From an uncultured Oscillospiraceae bacterium (GTDB lineage Bacteria; Pseudomonadota; Gammaproteobacteria; Burkholderiales; Burkholderiaceae_F), in assembly GCA_963587345.1 (NCBI GenBank), contig CAVACW010000001.1:38645-102644 (forward strand): a stretch of 64,000 bases of DNA, given 5' to 3'. Below, piece after piece: positions 34,189-46,359 of the stretch. The number at the start of each line of letters is the position of its first letter. Positions within the stretch are counted from its first letter, which is position 1. The notes beneath the pieces were generated by a model, which was given only the letters and a program-made list of their open reading frames with translations, was not told the origin of the DNA and made no database searches. Both the position numbers and the translations under genes were made by a program.

Positions 34189-34603
34189 GTCGTTCGGGAA
34201 GCAGCGTGAGAAGCTTGAGGTGGTGCTCCTTGCGTTTATTAATGACCTCAGCGTCGGTTTTCCGCTTTCTTGCGGCCCAGATGGCGTCAGGGAAGGTGGC
34301 GTCATCCGCAAAGCGCGCGATGACGTGCCAGTGCACATGGGGCACCATGTTGCCGAGTTGCGCGAGATTTACTTTGGCGGGCTGCATGCACTCGAGCACC
34401 GTCCTTTCCACGACGTTTACGACATCCATGAGATGATGGCGAGCCTCTGTGGAGAGGTCGCTCATCTCCTTGACGTGAGCCTTGGTCACCACGCGGATGA
34501 ATCCAGGCCAGTCTTCTTCTGCGGCGTCAATGACAAAAAGCGAGTCGTCCTCCCAGAGCACATGCCAGCGGGAGCGGTCGCACAGAGGGCAGTTGAGAGC
34601 CAT
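34154..34603 (-). CDS. HIT family hydrolase
   Basis: CPLC, HVKEMSDL, LGNMVPHVHWHVI; start ATG 34603. Confidence 0.92.
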   Translation of the reverse strand: MALNCPLCDRSRWHVLWEDDSLFVIDAAEEDWPGFIRVVTKAHVKEMSDLSTEARHHLMDVVNVVERTVLECMQPAKVNLAQLGNMVPHVHWHVIARFADDATFPDAIWAARKRKTDAEVINKRKEHHLKLLTLLPERLNSAFPVDNRR

Positions 34604-34614
34604 GATGAATTTTC

Positions 34615-37600
34615 CTAAACGAGAACGTGTTCGATGCCGTCCGTCTTTACTTCTGTAAGGAAGGCGGCGAGCCAGTGCTCGCCGTACATGAGGCGGGCCA
34701 TTTCCACGATGAGAAACTCTGCTTCGGTTCCGACGGCCTCGCTGTAGCGGCTCATGCCCTGATAGCACCCAGGACAGGCTGTAAGCACCTTCACCTTGCC
34801 AGCAAAGCCGTCGGCGGTGAGCCGGGACTTGCGAAGGCGCAGGTCCTCCTCTTTCTTGAACCGAACCTGCGTGGCGATGTCTGGGCGGCCGACGGCGAAG
34901 GTTCCGGCTTCGCCGCAGCAACGGTCGGTGAGCATCACGTGCGTGCCGTCCGAGGCTTCCAGCAACGACTGCACCGTCGTGATGGGGGAGGCGGTGTTAA
35001 AGGGGCTGTGGCAGGGATCGTGGTAGAGATAGCGGGTGTTTTCCGCCCCTTTAAGATGCAGGCCCTTTTCCGCGAGATAATCGTGGATGTCCAGCACGCG
35101 GCAGCCCGGGAAGATCTCCTCGAAGTGATAGTCCTTGAGGGATTTCAAGCACGTGCCGCAGGATGCCACAACGGTCTTGATGTCGAGGTAGTTGAGCGTG
35201 TTGGCGATGCGGTGAAAGAGAATGCGGTTGTCGGTGACGATCTTCTGCCCCATGGCGGGAAGGCCGTTGCCTTTTTGCGGAAAGCCGCAGCAAAGGAACT
35301 TGGGGGGAATGACGGTCTGCACGCCGGAGGCAAAAAGCATGGTGAGCACCGCAAGGCCAGCTTCCGGAAAGAGCCGCTCGTTGCCGCAGCCGGGGAAGTA
35401 AAAGACCGCTTCAGCGTCTTTGGCGTCAGGGCGACGGATGATCGGAACGGTTGTCGGATCGTTGAGCTTCAGAATGGAGCGCAGCGTGCGGTGCAGACGA
35501 GGTTCGGGGAGCTTGCGGTTCACGAGTGTCACGACCTGTTCGCGCAAGGAGGGCTGCCCCGTGGTGTTGAAGGGGCGTTCGAGCGTGGGGGCTGCGAGCT
35601 TTTTGGCAAGCTCCGCCGCCTTGCGCTCAGTCTTGAACCCGATGTCCACCATGCCCTTTCGCGCAATTTCCACGGCGCGAGGGTTGGAGAGTGCCAGGAA
35701 CTGCATGCCGGTTTTCTTCAGCGGGTTCTTTGAAGTGCAGTTCATGCGCGAAAGGAAGTTTCTCAAGAGCATGGTCACTTCCCCGAAGTTGATTTTTACG
35801 GGGCAGGGGCGCTGGCACTTCAGACAAACCGTGCAGTGGTCGGCAATGTCAGAAAAAGAGAGCAGATGTTCGAAGTTGACGCCGCGGCGAGTCTGTGATT
35901 CGTAGAGGAAGGCTTCGGTGAGAAGACTCACTGCGATGATCTTGTTGCGGGGCGAATAGAGTAGACCGGCGCTTGGAACGTGCGTCGTGCAGCGGGACTT
36001 GCATTTGCCGCAGCGAAGACAGTTTTTCACCGCGTCGCTGATAGCCTTCAACTCCGTCTGCTGCATGATGAGCGACTCAGCGGTGAGAAGGTTGAAGCTT
36101 GGTGTGTAGGCATTCTCCAGACCGAGCTTCAATTTGCCGCGGTTGAAGCGGCGCTGCGGATCCACGCGGTCAAGGTAGTCGTAGAAGGGGCCGAGTTCTT
36201 CGGGCGGCAGAAATTCGATCTTGGTGAGCCCCACGCCGTGCTCGCCCGTGATGGAGCCTCCGAGCGCTTTGGCGGTTTTCATCACAAGATGAACTGCCTT
36301 CTGCCCAAGCTGCATCATGGCGTAGTTGTCGGAATTGAGCGGAACATTCGTGTGCACGTTGCCGTCGCCGGCGTGCATGTGCAGCGCAATGAAGACGCGG
36401 CCGCGGAGCACTTTGGCATGAATGGCGTCAAGCTGCGAGCGAATTTTTTCAAAGGCGTCGCCGGCAAAGATGTGAAAAAGACGGCTTCTTAGTTCTTTTT
36501 TCCAGGAGATGCGAACAATTCGATCGTAAATGACGTCAAAAACTTTCTTTTGACGGTAATTTTTGAAAATCTTGCCATTGGTGCTGATGCCGAGCTTTTC
36601 AAGTTCGGGCGCTGCGACAAGCCAGTCATCATCGAGATGGGCAAGAACATAGCTCCAGCGTGCCATGACGGACTCAATGACGTCGAGCGCTTCGGGAACC
36701 GTGGTGTCGAGCAGCTCCTTTTTCGTGACGCCCGCTGTCATGGTGGGGTTTCCGAGCGAAATGTAGCCTTGCAGGTAGTCGCGCGCTGCCCGGGCCATGT
36801 CAAGCTTGTTGGCGATTGAGCATTCGATGTTGAAGCGCTCGCAGGTGAGCGTGTATTCGCCGATGCGATCCAAAGGAATCACCACGTCTTCGTTGAGTTT
36901 GAAGGCGTTGGTGTGTGCGCTGATCGCTGCAGTGCGGCTGCGCTCGTGCCAGAACTTGAAGCGTTCGGACTCCGTCTTGGCAATGAAGCCTTCGCCGTTT
37001 CGGGTGGTGCAGATCTCCACTACGCGGGCGGTGATTTCGTCGAGCGCCGCTTCATCATCCCCCACGATGTCGCCCACGAGCACCATCTTCGGATACTCGC
37101 CGCGGTGGCTCTTCACGGGATAGTTGACGGCACGCAGATAGCGGTCGTCAAGGTGTTCGAGACCTGCGAGCATGCAGCCCTTGGGATGCGTGTCGAGAAG
37201 CTGCGTGATTTCCACGATGGCAGGGCCGGCGAGTCCCGCAGCGCCGAAAAACTCCAGACACACGGTGCGGGCGCAGGGCGGCATCTTGTGCAGGATCCAG
37301 GTGGCGGAGGTGATGAGGCCGTCGCAACCTTCCTTCTGCACGCCGGGCAGTCCCCCGAGGCACTTGTTGGAAACGTCTTTGCCGAGGCCCTTCTTGCGGA
37401 AGGAGGTGCCCGGCATCCTCAGCACGTCTGTGCGCAGCACGCGGGCTTTTTCTGGATCTCTTTCATGGCCGTCCTTGAGAGTGATTTCCCAGACGACTTC
37501 CTCCTGCTTGTGAATCTTGCCGAGGTTGTGGTTGATGCGGACGACCTCAAGCCAGTTACCGTCGGGATTTACCATGCGGAACCGCGCCAGATTGTCTACG

Positions 37601-38517
37601 GCGGTGCCCCAGAGAACGGCCTTTTTACCGCCGGAGTTTTCGCTGATGTTGCCGCCAATGGAGCTAGCATCGGCGCTGGCCGGGTCCACGGAAAAGACGA
37701 GTCCGTCCTCAGCAGCTGCTTCCGTAACGCGCCTTGTTACGGCGCCGGATCCTGTGTCGATGACGAAAGTGGGAGTGGAGTGGCCGGGCAGCACCATCTC
37801 CCGGGCTCGACCGATGTGGTTCAGTTTTTCTGTGTTGATGACGACGCTCATGGCAGTCATCGGCACGGCGCCGCCGGTGTAGCCTGTGCCGCTGCCTCGC
37901 GGAATGATCACAAGGCCGAGATCAATGGCGGTGCGGACGAGATCAGGAACTTCGCTTTCACTGTCGGGAGTAAGAACGACGAAGGGGAACTCCACGCGCC
38001 AGTCGGTGGCGTCGGTGACGTGGCAGGCGCGGGCGAAGCCGTCAAAGCGGATGTTGTCTTCGTGGGTGTATTTCTTGAAAAGCTTCAGGGCGCGATGCCG
38101 CAGCTTTTCAATTTTTGGGAATTCCGACTCAAAGCGGGTGACGGCTTCGTGGGCTTTTTCAAGTAGCTTTCCTACGAGCGCATCGCGCTCCGGCTGCGAC
38201 GGATCGCGGCGCTTTTCCGTTTCCGTCAAACGATGCTTTAGGGCGTCAATGAGAAGCAGGCGGCGCCGGCGGTTGTTTAAAAGGTCGTCTTGCAGATAGG
38301 GATTTCGCTCGACGGCCCAGATGTCCCCCAGCACTTCGTAGAGCATGCGGGAGGAGCGGCCGGTGCGGCGCTGGCCTCGCAGTTCGCAGAGGATGCGCCA
38401 GGCGTCCTCGCCCAGCAGGCGACCTACGATTTCCTTGTCGGAAAATGAGGTGTAGTTGTAGGGAATTTCACGGATGCGCTCTAAAGCGGTGGCCGTCTGA
38501 GATTCCTCGCTTTTCAT
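34615..38517 (-). CDS. FAD-linked Fe-S oxidoreductase (DUF3683/FAD-binding/4Fe-4S/CCG/DUF3400 architecture)
   Basis: [47 protein letters not shown] motifs; start ATG 38517. Confidence 0.9.
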   Translation of the reverse strand: MKSEESQTATALERIREIPYNYTSFSDKEIVGRLLGEDAWRILCELRGQRRTGRSSRMLYEVLGDIWAVERNPYLQDDLLNNRRRRLLLIDALKHRLTETEKRRDPSQPERDALVGKLLEKAHEAVTRFESEFPKIEKLRHRALKLFKKYTHEDNIRFDGFARACHVTDATDWRVEFPFVVLTPDSESEVPDLVRTAIDLGLVIIPRGSGTGYTGGAVPMTAMSVVINTEKLNHIGRAREMVLPGHSTPTFVIDTGSGAVTRRVTEAAAEDGLVFSVDPASADASSIGGNISENSGGKKAVLWGTAVDNLARFRMVNPDGNWLEVVRINHNLGKIHKQEEVVWEITLKDGHERDPEKARVLRTDVLRMPGTSFRKKGLGKDVSNKCLGGLPGVQKEGCDGLITSATWILHKMPPCARTVCLEFFGAAGLAGPAIVEITQLLDTHPKGCMLAGLEHLDDRYLRAVNYPVKSHRGEYPKMVLVGDIVGDDEAALDEITARVVEICTTRNGEGFIAKTESERFKFWHERSRTAAISAHTNAFKLNEDVVIPLDRIGEYTLTCERFNIECSIANKLDMARAARDYLQGYISLGNPTMTAGVTKKELLDTTVPEALDVIESVMARWSYVLAHLDDDWLVAAPELEKLGISTNGKIFKNYRQKKVFDVIYDRIVRISWKKELRSRLFHIFAGDAFEKIRSQLDAIHAKVLRGRVFIALHMHAGDGNVHTNVPLNSDNYAMMQLGQKAVHLVMKTAKALGGSITGEHGVGLTKIEFLPPEELGPFYDYLDRVDPQRRFNRGKLKLGLENAYTPSFNLLTAESLIMQQTELKAISDAVKNCLRCGKCKSRCTTHVPSAGLLYSPRNKIIAVSLLTEAFLYESQTRRGVNFEHLLSFSDIADHCTVCLKCQRPCPVKINFGEVTMLLRNFLSRMNCTSKNPLKKTGMQFLALSNPRAVEIARKGMVDIGFKTERKAAELAKKLAAPTLERPFNTTGQPSLREQVVTLVNRKLPEPRLHRTLRSILKLNDPTTVPIIRRPDAKDAEAVFYFPGCGNERLFPEAGLAVLTMLFASGVQTVIPPKFLCCGFPQKGNGLPAMGQKIVTDNRILFHRIANTLNYLDIKTVVASCGTCLKSLKDYHFEEIFPGCRVLDIHDYLAEKGLHLKGAENTRYLYHDPCHSPFNTASPITTVQSLLEASDGTHVMLTDRCCGEAGTFAVGRPDIATQVRFKKEEDLRLRKSRLTADGFAGKVKVLTACPGCYQGMSRYSEAVGTEAEFLIVEMARLMYGEHWLAAFLTEVKTDGIEHVLV

Positions 38518-38575
38518 GAGGGGCCTTTTTCTGTAGGAAGGTGTTCGGGGAATTTTATCGGCAGCCGCGGCGCTC

Positions 38576-38836
38576 TCAGTTGGAGGCATTTCGTATAAGA
38601 CGACGCAATCCCTTTTCGATTGGACGGTCCACGAGGTGGTAGACGCCGCTGCCGTCGTCCACCACGTCAAAGTCCCACTTCTTGTTGCCCCGCATGTCTT
38701 CGAGCCAGACATTGAGCGGCAAGTCGAGTTCATCGACGTTGCCGTTGATGAAGCTTTCCGCCTCATAGGGCGTGGCGAAGTTCTCCCAAAATTCGCCGTA
38801 GTCTACGATGACCTGAACGACAAGATCGCGACGCAT
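38576..38836 (-). CDS. Small acidic hypothetical protein
   Basis: AAGGAG RBS just after the M20 stop; fills the operon gap. Confidence 0.75.
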   Translation of the reverse strand: MRRDLVVQVIVDYGEFWENFATPYEAESFINGNVDELDLPLNVWLEDMRGNKKWDFDVVDDGSGVYHLVDRPIEKGLRRLIRNASN

Positions 38837-38845
38837 GACAGCTCC

Positions 38846-40252
38846 TTACGGCATGGCGTGAAGAAGGTTTGCCACGGCAGTCGTGAGCTTGACGGTGTAG
38901 CCGATGTCAAGCATTTCGTCGGGGCCGTGGGCGTTGGAAGCTGGGCCAAGGACGCCGGTGACGAACATCTGAGAACCGGGGAAGGTGTCCGCGAAGAGGT
39001 TCAGAATGGGAATGGAGCCGCCTTCGGCGATGTAGGCCGAGGGAGCACCAAAGACGGAGTGTCCGATCTCTTCAACGGCCTTTGTAAACCAAGGAGCTTC
39101 GAGAGGAGCATTCCAGCCGTTCGCGGCCTGCGTGTTTTCAATCGAAACTTCAGCGCCATAAGGAACGTTTTCGGTGAGCTTTGCCTTGAGGCTCGTGAGC
39201 GCTTTTTCTGGATCGACGCAGGGCGGAATGCGGATCGAAAGGCGAAGCGCCGTCTCCGGGCGCAGAACGTTGCCCGCTTCCTGCAGACTGGGGATTCCCT
39301 CGGCGCCGATGATCGCGAGCTGAGGCTTCCAGGTCTGCGCGAGCAAGTTTTCAGAAATTGTGGCAAAGCGCGGCTGCGTGTTGCCAGCCCAGGGGAAGTC
39401 GTCTGTCACTTTGTCGGCCAGAAGCTTTGCCGCCGCATCAATCTGGTTTCGGCGCTCCGCTGGAATGGGACAATTGAAGGCAGGGTCGGTGATTTCACCG
39501 GTGGCGCAGTTTTCGACGCGAGAAAGGAGCTCTCGGGCGATCATGAAGCTTTCGGGGGCGATGCCGGAGGCCGTGCCGGAATGCAGGCCGTGACGCAGCA
39601 CCTTGACGCGCAGCGTGGCGGCGACGATGCCGCGGAAGCTGGCGGTGATCCAGAGGCGCTCATAGTCGCCTGCAGCGCTGTCGAGCACGGTGACAAGTCC
39701 CACCTTGTCGCAGCGAGGCGCCACTGTCGCGAGCCAGTAGGGGAGATCTTCAGACCCCGACTCTTCTCGCGTTTCTATCAAGCCGCAGCAACGGGGGTGC
39801 GGCATCTTGGCTTCTTCGAGCGCCTTCACTGCAGTGAGGGCGGCGTAAATGCTGTAGCCGTCGTCGGCACAGCCGCGACCATAGAGGCGACCTTCCTCGA
39901 TGACGGGCTTGAAGGGGGCGCGGTTTTTGGTCCAGCCGGCGGCCTCGGGCTGCTTGTCAAGGTGGCCGTAGAAGAAAGCGGCGGCTTCGGAGGCTTCGCC
40001 CTGAGCGGGAATGTCGAAAAAGAGGCAGGGCGTTTTTCCCGGAGCTTCCAGCACTTCAAACGTTGCCTGCGGGAAGCGCTTCTGTCCCCAGAGGGCGGCC
40101 TTCTGGCAGGACGTCTTCAAAAAGCCGTGAGACTCCCAGTCAGCGTCAAAGGCTGGAGACTTGGCGGGGATCCGAACGAAGTCGATCAGGGCGTCGAGCG
40201 TGTCGTCTTCCCAATGGTGTTCGATGAGGTTAGAAAGAATAGTGTTTGACAT
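38846..40252 (-). CDS. M20 family metallopeptidase (dipeptidase-like)
   Basis: YGHLDKQP, GRGCADDG, EESGS, NAHGPDE. Confidence 0.92.
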   Translation of the reverse strand: MSNTILSNLIEHHWEDDTLDALIDFVRIPAKSPAFDADWESHGFLKTSCQKAALWGQKRFPQATFEVLEAPGKTPCLFFDIPAQGEASEAAAFFYGHLDKQPEAAGWTKNRAPFKPVIEEGRLYGRGCADDGYSIYAALTAVKALEEAKMPHPRCCGLIETREESGSEDLPYWLATVAPRCDKVGLVTVLDSAAGDYERLWITASFRGIVAATLRVKVLRHGLHSGTASGIAPESFMIARELLSRVENCATGEITDPAFNCPIPAERRNQIDAAAKLLADKVTDDFPWAGNTQPRFATISENLLAQTWKPQLAIIGAEGIPSLQEAGNVLRPETALRLSIRIPPCVDPEKALTSLKAKLTENVPYGAEVSIENTQAANGWNAPLEAPWFTKAVEEIGHSVFGAPSAYIAEGGSIPILNLFADTFPGSQMFVTGVLGPASNAHGPDEMLDIGYTVKLTTAVANLLHAMP

Positions 40253-40261
40253 GGAGAATAT

Positions 40262-41626
40262 TCACTTGAAAGCTGCAAAAGCCGTCGTTCCGAGGCGGTC
40301 CGAAATTGTACGAGCGATTTCTCGGGCTTTCGTCTGCGTGGTGTTGCCCACCATGACGCACCAGCGGTTCCCCGAAGGCGCAATGCGCACGGGAGCCGTG
40401 ATGCCTTCCGTGGTGAGCATCATTTCTGTGTGGGCAGCGAATTCCTGAGCATTCGTTTTGTTGTCAAAGGCGCCGATCTGTGCTCCCCAGGCTACTTCGC
40501 TGGAGTCAAGGAGCTTCAGCTCGGATGCGTCGTCAGCGGTGACAGCTGCTGCGGTCTCTACGCTGCCGGCTTCGGGGAAGACGCTGTCAAAGGACTCGTC
40601 TTCGGATGCGACAGCTGGGGTGGATGCGTTTACTTTAGCTTCTGACGGCAAGAGATCGGCAAGCGGATCGGAGACCGTAACAGCGGTGGCTTCCGGAGTT
40701 GCCGGTGCGGCTTCCTGCGGCAGGTAAGAGGCAATCGTGTCTTGAATGCGGCGAGCTTCGGCATCCGCATTTTGAGCAGCGTTCGGCAGCGTCGCCATGG
40801 CGCCGACGACAGAGGAGTTCGTAGCGGGCTGCGGCGTTTGAACGGCGGAAGCGGCAACCGTTGTTTTTTTCGCTGATGGTAGCGTGTTCAGTTGCGTTGC
40901 GCTCGGAGGCGTTTTCTGCAAAACGCTCGTGCGATTGACGGAGCGGACGGCACTGACAGCTCCTGTTGCTGCGGCGAGCAGCGTGCTTGTCTTGCTGGCG
41001 GACTTTGAGGCAGCCGTAGTGTCGGAAGCGAGCGCTGCCGCAAGCGTTACATCGGTGTGCGTGGCGCTCGGAATATCGCCTCGGGCGATCTGTCGGCGGG
41101 TGATGCGCTCGATTCGAACTTTGGTGGTTCCCTTCTTCTGGTAGCCGAGCTTTACGGCGGCAGCGTAGCTCATGTCGATGGCGCGGCCGCCGATGAAGGG
41201 GCCGCGGTCGTTGACGCGCACGATGACGCTGCGGCCGTTGGCAAGGTTTGTGACCAAGGCGTAGCTCGGGAGTTCCATCGTCGGATGCGCAGCCGTCATG
41301 GCGTACATGTCGTAAGTCTCGCCGATTGCGGTCTTCTTGCCATGGAACTGCTTGCCGTACCAGCTCGCGGTGCCTGTCTGCGAAAAGGGCTTGTCGCCTG
41401 TCATCGGCGTGAAGCTCTGCCCCATCACCCGGTAGGGGCGGTTGGCGAACTTGTGAGCGGGCTCGACGCGAATCTTCATGGCGCCTGTGCTGCCGGCGCG
41501 CCAGGCGCTCACAGTGGAAGGGGGGCCGTCCTTGTCAAAGTACTTGCCGCTGTTGGAGTTGAAAGAGCAGCCGGCGAGACTTGCGGCAAGGAGAAAGGAA
41601 AGCCAGCAAAAATGTTTCTGAACCAT
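40262..41626 (-). CDS. rlpA: Septal ring lytic transglycosylase RlpA
   Basis: Lipobox LAGC, GTASWYG, TAAHPT, VNDRGPF, C-terminal SPOR. Confidence 0.93.
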   Translation of the reverse strand: MVQKHFCWLSFLLAASLAGCSFNSNSGKYFDKDGPPSTVSAWRAGSTGAMKIRVEPAHKFANRPYRVMGQSFTPMTGDKPFSQTGTASWYGKQFHGKKTAIGETYDMYAMTAAHPTMELPSYALVTNLANGRSVIVRVNDRGPFIGGRAIDMSYAAAVKLGYQKKGTTKVRIERITRRQIARGDIPSATHTDVTLAAALASDTTAASKSASKTSTLLAAATGAVSAVRSVNRTSVLQKTPPSATQLNTLPSAKKTTVAASAVQTPQPATNSSVVGAMATLPNAAQNADAEARRIQDTIASYLPQEAAPATPEATAVTVSDPLADLLPSEAKVNASTPAVASEDESFDSVFPEAGSVETAAAVTADDASELKLLDSSEVAWGAQIGAFDNKTNAQEFAAHTEMMLTTEGITAPVRIAPSGNRWCVMVGNTTQTKAREIARTISDRLGTTAFAAFK

Positions 41627-41843
41627 GGACGTCTGGAAAAAAGGAATGGCTGGCGAAAAAATCCTGCTTATTTAGGAATCAGCGCCGCCACCCGTAATGC
41701 TAGACTGTCGAACGCTCAAAAACCGCTGTTTTTCAGGCTCTGTTGCAGAACTTTTCAACTGCGTCGGGGAGTTGAAGAACGGTGCAGTTCATGCTTGGTT
41801 TTCCAACGCTTTAATTTCCGCATAGAAAGTAACAGGTAAGAAC

Positions 41844-42131
41844 ATGTCCCTCGGATTGGATGATGTTCGCCGCATTGCCGAGCTCGGTCACATCGACATC
41901 AGTGATGACGATGCCGTGCGCATGCAGGGCGAACTCAACGACATTTTCAAAATGATCGAACGCATTCAGGCCGTCAACACCGACGGTGTGGAGCCGATGA
42001 TGCATCCTCATGACGGCGTGCAGCGCCTGCGTGAAGACGCCGTGGTGTTTGGCGATGACCGCGAAGAAAACATGAAGAATGCGCCAGAAGAATACGAAGG
42101 GCTCTTCCTGGTGCCCCGCGTGGTGGAATAA
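41844..42131 (+). CDS. gatC: Asp/Glu-tRNA amidotransferase subunit C
   Basis: [21 protein letters not shown]. Confidence 0.96.
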   Translation: MSLGLDDVRRIAELGHIDISDDDAVRMQGELNDIFKMIERIQAVNTDGVEPMMHPHDGVQRLREDAVVFGDDREENMKNAPEEYEGLFLVPRVVE

Positions 42132-42142
42132 GGAGTGCCGCT

Positions 42143-43600
42143 GTGGAAGATGTGAAATTTGCCTCCGTGATGGAGCTTTCCCGGGCGCTCGCCGCTAAGG
42201 AAGTGAGTGCAGTGGAACTGGCGCAGGCTTACCTTGATCGCATGGAAGCGCATAAGAATCTCAATTGCTTCCTTGACGTTCGTCCGGAAGTGACGCTCGC
42301 GGAAGCCCGTGAAGCTGACAAGCGCATTGCTGAAGGGACGGCGGGACGCCTCACCGGCATTCCTATCGCGCACAAGGACATTTTCGTGACGAAGAAGTGG
42401 GCCTCCACGGCCGCAAGCAAGATGCTCGAAGGCTATATGAGCCCCTTTGACGCGACGGTGGTGAAGAAGCTTTCCGCCGCTGGCATGGTGACGCTCGGAA
42501 AGCTCAACTGCGATGAGTTTGCCATGGGCTCTGCTAATGAAAATTCAGCCTACGGCCGGGTCTACAACCCGTGGGACGTGAAGGCGGTTCCGGGGGGCAG
42601 TTCCGGCGGCAGCTCCGCCTGTGTGGCGGCGGGGCTGGCTCCCATCGCAACGGCGACGGATACGGGCGGCTCCATTCGCGAGCCCGCTTCCTTTACGGGG
42701 GTGACGGGCTTGAAGCCCACGTACGGTCGTCCGAGCCGTCTTGGCATGATTGCGTTTGCTTCAAGCCTTGACACCGCCGGCCTCATGGCGCATTCCGCTG
42801 AAGACATCGCCTGGGTGCTGGGCGACATGGTTGGCTACGAGCCGTGGGACTCCACGAGTGAAAATCGTCCGACGGAAGATTTCACGCGTGATCTCAATCG
42901 CGGCGTAAAAGGCCTCAGAATCGGCGTGCCGCGCGCGTGGTTCACGGAAGCGCTCGATGCGGAGGTGGGCGCGGCGATTGAGAAGGTGATTGACGAGTAC
43001 CAGCGTCAGGGCGCCGAGATCGTTGACATCGCGCTTCCGACGGCGGAGCTGGGGGTTCCCGTCTATTACGTCGTCGCCTGCGCTGAAGCAAGCTCAAACC
43101 TTTCGCGCTTTGACGGCGTGCGCTACGGCCATCGTGCCGCACAGTACGACGACATTCAGGACATGATCAAGAAGAGCCGCAATGAAGGGTTCGGTGCGGA
43201 GCCCAAGCGCCGCATCATGATTGGCACCTACGTGCTCTCTCATGGCTACTACGACGCCTACTATCTCAAGGCGCAGAAGGTTCGCCGCCTCATCACGCAA
43301 GAATTTGACAAGGCGTTCGAGAGTGTGGATGCGATTCTGAGTCCGGTGACGACCTCCACGGCCTTTGACTTTGGCGCCAAGAGCGATCCGGTCACAGCGT
43401 ACTTGGGCGACCTTTACACGGTGCCGGAGTCTTTGGCGGGGCTCCCCTGCATGAGTCTCCCCTGCGGCATTCATTCCAACGGCCGCCCCATTGGCGTGCA
43501 GCTCACCTGCGCGCGCTTTGAGGAAGCAAAAATGCTTGGAATTGCGCAGGCCTGGCAGAACGCCACCGACTGGCACATGAAGCATCCGACCGGGTTTTAA
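42143..43600 (+). CDS. gatA: Asp/Glu-tRNA amidotransferase subunit A
   Basis: [29 protein letters not shown]. Confidence 0.98.
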   Translation: MEDVKFASVMELSRALAAKEVSAVELAQAYLDRMEAHKNLNCFLDVRPEVTLAEAREADKRIAEGTAGRLTGIPIAHKDIFVTKKWASTAASKMLEGYMSPFDATVVKKLSAAGMVTLGKLNCDEFAMGSANENSAYGRVYNPWDVKAVPGGSSGGSSACVAAGLAPIATATDTGGSIREPASFTGVTGLKPTYGRPSRLGMIAFASSLDTAGLMAHSAEDIAWVLGDMVGYEPWDSTSENRPTEDFTRDLNRGVKGLRIGVPRAWFTEALDAEVGAAIEKVIDEYQRQGAEIVDIALPTAELGVPVYYVVACAEASSNLSRFDGVRYGHRAAQYDDIQDMIKKSRNEGFGAEPKRRIMIGTYVLSHGYYDAYYLKAQKVRRLITQEFDKAFESVDAILSPVTTSTAFDFGAKSDPVTAYLGDLYTVPESLAGLPCMSLPCGIHSNGRPIGVQLTCARFEEAKMLGIAQAWQNATDWHMKHPTGF

Positions 43601-43615
43601 TTGAGAGTGAAGAAC

Positions 43616-45067
43616 ATGGAATGGGAAGTTGTCATCGGTCTTGAGACGCACGTTCAGCTCTCGACCGAGTCCAAGATTTTTTCTGGCGCCTCCACTGGCT
43701 TCGGCGCGGAGCCCAACACGCACGCCTGCTACATCGACCTCGCGCTCCCCGGGGCGCTCCCCGTTTTGAATAAGAACGCGGTGGAGAAGGCGATGCGCTT
43801 CGGGTTTGCCATCGGCGCCGAAGTGGCGGACAAGTCGGTCTTTGATCGCAAGAACTATTTCTATCCTGATCTGCCGAAGGGCTATCAGATCAGCCAGTTC
43901 GAGCTGCCGATTGTGAAGGGCGGCCAGCTTTCCTTCACGGTGCAGCCCAAGGACGGCGAGCCCTATGTGAAGACGATCAACCTCACGCGCGCTCATCTTG
44001 AAGAAGACGCGGGAAAGAGCGTGCATGGCATCGTGGCGCACAAGTCGGGCATTGACTTGAATCGTGCGGGGACGCCGCTTCTTGAAATCGTGACGGAACC
44101 CGAGATGCGCAGCTCGGCCGAAGCCGTCGGCTACGCCCGTGCGTTGCATGCGCTCGTGGTGTGGCTTGGCATGACGCGCGGCAACATGCAGGAGGGCAAC
44201 TTCCGCTGTGATGCGAACGTATCCGTGCGTCCGAAGGGCGAGACGAAGTTCGGCACGCGCTGCGAGATCAAGAATCTCAATTCCTTCAAGTTCCTGCAGG
44301 ACGCCATCGACTACGAAGTGCGTCGCCAGATTGAACTCATTGAGGCGGGCGGCCGGGTGGTTCAGGCGACGCGCCTCTATGACCCGGATCAGAATGAAAC
44401 CCGGCAGATGCGCAGCAAGGAAGACTCGATGGACTATCGCTACTTCCCGGATCCCGATCTGATGCCGCTCGTCATCAGTCCGGAATGGAAGGCGAAGGTG
44501 CAGGCGTCGATGCCGGAATTGCCCGAAGCGATGAGAAAGCGTCTGGTGGCGAACTTTGGTCTCACCGACTATGACGCGGGCGTCATCACGTCTTCTCGCG
44601 ACGTGGCGGACTACTTCCTCAAGGCCTCCGAAGGATTGAAGGACAAGAAGATCGCCGCCAACTGGGTGATGGGGGAAGTGGCGGCGAACGTGAACGCCGT
44701 CGAGGGCATGACCTACGCTGACGCGCCGGTGAAAGGCGAGACGCTGGGCGACATTCTGAAGCGGCTGGCCGATGGCACGGTGAACGCGAAGGGCGCCAAG
44801 CGCCTCTTCTCGCTTCTCTGGGATGGCGCCGAAGGCACGGTGGACGCGCTGATTGAGAAGGAAGGCCTCAAGCAGATTTCGGACGCTTCGGCGATCGAAG
44901 GCATCATCGACGAAGTTCTCAAGAACAACGCCAAGATGGTGGAGGAATTCCGCGCCGGCAAGGAAAAGGCCTTCAATGCACTCGTGGGGCAGGCCATGAA
45001 GGCCACTCGAGGCAAGGCCAACCCCAAGCAGGTGAATGAAATCCTGCGCGCGAAGCTCGCCGTTTGA
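43616..45067 (+). CDS. gatB: Asp/Glu-tRNA amidotransferase subunit B
   Basis: [34 protein letters not shown]; start ATG 43616. Confidence 0.98.
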   Translation: MEWEVVIGLETHVQLSTESKIFSGASTGFGAEPNTHACYIDLALPGALPVLNKNAVEKAMRFGFAIGAEVADKSVFDRKNYFYPDLPKGYQISQFELPIVKGGQLSFTVQPKDGEPYVKTINLTRAHLEEDAGKSVHGIVAHKSGIDLNRAGTPLLEIVTEPEMRSSAEAVGYARALHALVVWLGMTRGNMQEGNFRCDANVSVRPKGETKFGTRCEIKNLNSFKFLQDAIDYEVRRQIELIEAGGRVVQATRLYDPDQNETRQMRSKEDSMDYRYFPDPDLMPLVISPEWKAKVQASMPELPEAMRKRLVANFGLTDYDAGVITSSRDVADYFLKASEGLKDKKIAANWVMGEVAANVNAVEGMTYADAPVKGETLGDILKRLADGTVNAKGAKRLFSLLWDGAEGTVDALIEKEGLKQISDASAIEGIIDEVLKNNAKMVEEFRAGKEKAFNALVGQAMKATRGKANPKQVNEILRAKLAV

Positions 45068-45138
45068 CTCGAGCTTTGAAGCAACTGTTGCGCCTGCTTT
45101 TCTTTGTCGGAGAGGCAGGCGTTTTCTTTGGTTCATCC

Positions 45139-45516
45139 ATGAAGCGCTTGAGTTGGATTCGCCCGCTGGATCGCGTGAAGTTCGGCCGAGTGAGCCGCGC
45201 GGTATTCTGGAGCACGGCAGTGTTTGACGTGTTGCTCCTTGTCGTGGCTTTTTTCGGACCGCTGGAAGTGGCTTATCAGTTGCAGCTGGAGCCCGAGGGC
45301 TGGTTCATGCGCGCGTGGGTGCTGGGCTGGGGCGTTCTGGCCGTCACGCTGTTCGTGTGTCTCGGGCGGCTGGCGCGTCGTCGTCTGCACGATGTCGGGC
45401 GGTCGGGGGTGTCGTTGCTGTGGCTTCTCGTTCCGCTGGCCGGGTGGCTTCTGATCGGCTGGCTTTTGACGAGGCCGTCGGTGGCAGGCAAGACTCGATA
45501 CGATGAGCTTTCATGA
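45139..45516 (+). CDS. DUF805 family membrane protein
   Basis: GRVSRAVFW; RRLHDVGRSG..LLW; start uncertain. Confidence 0.82.
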   Translation: MKRLSWIRPLDRVKFGRVSRAVFWSTAVFDVLLLVVAFFGPLEVAYQLQLEPEGWFMRAWVLGWGVLAVTLFVCLGRLARRRLHDVGRSGVSLLWLLVPLAGWLLIGWLLTRPSVAGKTRYDELS

Positions 45517-45537
45517 AAAAGCCGCCCGAAGGCGGCT
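45516..45537 (-). terminator. Intrinsic terminator after pyrE
   Basis: AGCCGCC-TTCG-GGCGGCT then T-tract on the minus strand. Confidence 0.75.
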
Positions 45538-45556
45538 CTGAGACAATGTGCGTGCT

Positions 45557-46234
45557 TTATGCGCCGTAACGCTGGCGGTAAGCGGCGACGGCGTCCTTGT
45601 AGGCGGCGACTGCTTTGGCGGCGTCGCTTTCGCCGTCCATGAAGCTCAGAAGGTCAGCCAGGTTGGCAATCGAGATGACCGGAATGCCGATTGTCTTCTC
45701 CACGTCCTGCACGGCGGACGTTTCCGTCATTACCTCGGCATTTCCGCCCTTTTCCATGCGGTCGAGCGCGATCAGCACGCCGGAAGGCGTGGCGCCGTTG
45801 GCTTTGATGAGAGCCACGGACTCGCGCACGGAGGTGCCTGCGCTGATTACGTCGTCAATGATGATGACGCGGCCTTTGAGGGGCGAGCCGATGATAGTGC
45901 CGCCTTCGCCATGATCCTTGGCCTCCTTACGGTTGAAGGCGTAGGGAACATCAAGGCCGAGACGCGAAAGGTTGATGGCGACGGCGGCTGCTAGCGGGAT
46001 GCCCTTGTAGGCAGGACCGTAGATCATGTCAAAGTCCACGCGTCCGGCCTTTTTTGCGTTGAGCAGTGCCTGCGCGTAGAAGTGGCCGAGGCGGTCGAGC
46101 AGCGCGCCGGTGTTGAAGAGCCCGGCATTGAAGAAGTAGGGGCTCAGGCGGCCGGCCTTGGTCTTGAATTCGCCGAAGCGAAGGACATTGGCATTGAGCG
46201 CAAACTCGATGAACTGGTGATGATTTTCGGTCAT
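45557..46234 (-). CDS. pyrE: Orotate phosphoribosyltransferase
   Basis: FKTKAGRLSPYFFN, GPAYKGI, RKEAKDHGEGG, IIDDVISAGT. Confidence 0.98.
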   Translation of the reverse strand: MTENHHQFIEFALNANVLRFGEFKTKAGRLSPYFFNAGLFNTGALLDRLGHFYAQALLNAKKAGRVDFDMIYGPAYKGIPLAAAVAINLSRLGLDVPYAFNRKEAKDHGEGGTIIGSPLKGRVIIIDDVISAGTSVRESVALIKANGATPSGVLIALDRMEKGGNAEVMTETSAVQDVEKTIGIPVISIANLADLLSFMDGESDAAKAVAAYKDAVAAYRQRYGA

Positions 46235-46359
46235 GACGTAGGATTCGTTGCGAAGGCCTGAGGGGCGGTCGCGAGGTGAAAAAATGGGTAAGGAAGCCTC
46301 AATTCTAGCCCGCGGTCGCCCCCGCTAAAATGGGGCGTCGAACTTAGGAGATTCAATCA

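Noticed and set aside
43094..45136. Long antisense or alternate-frame ORFs (680 aa here; also 4050-5315, 6307-7767, 17581-18711, 22331-23509, 36913-38166, 38636-40249, 62287-63330)
   Set aside because: Shadows of well-supported genes, caused by GC-rich codon bias.
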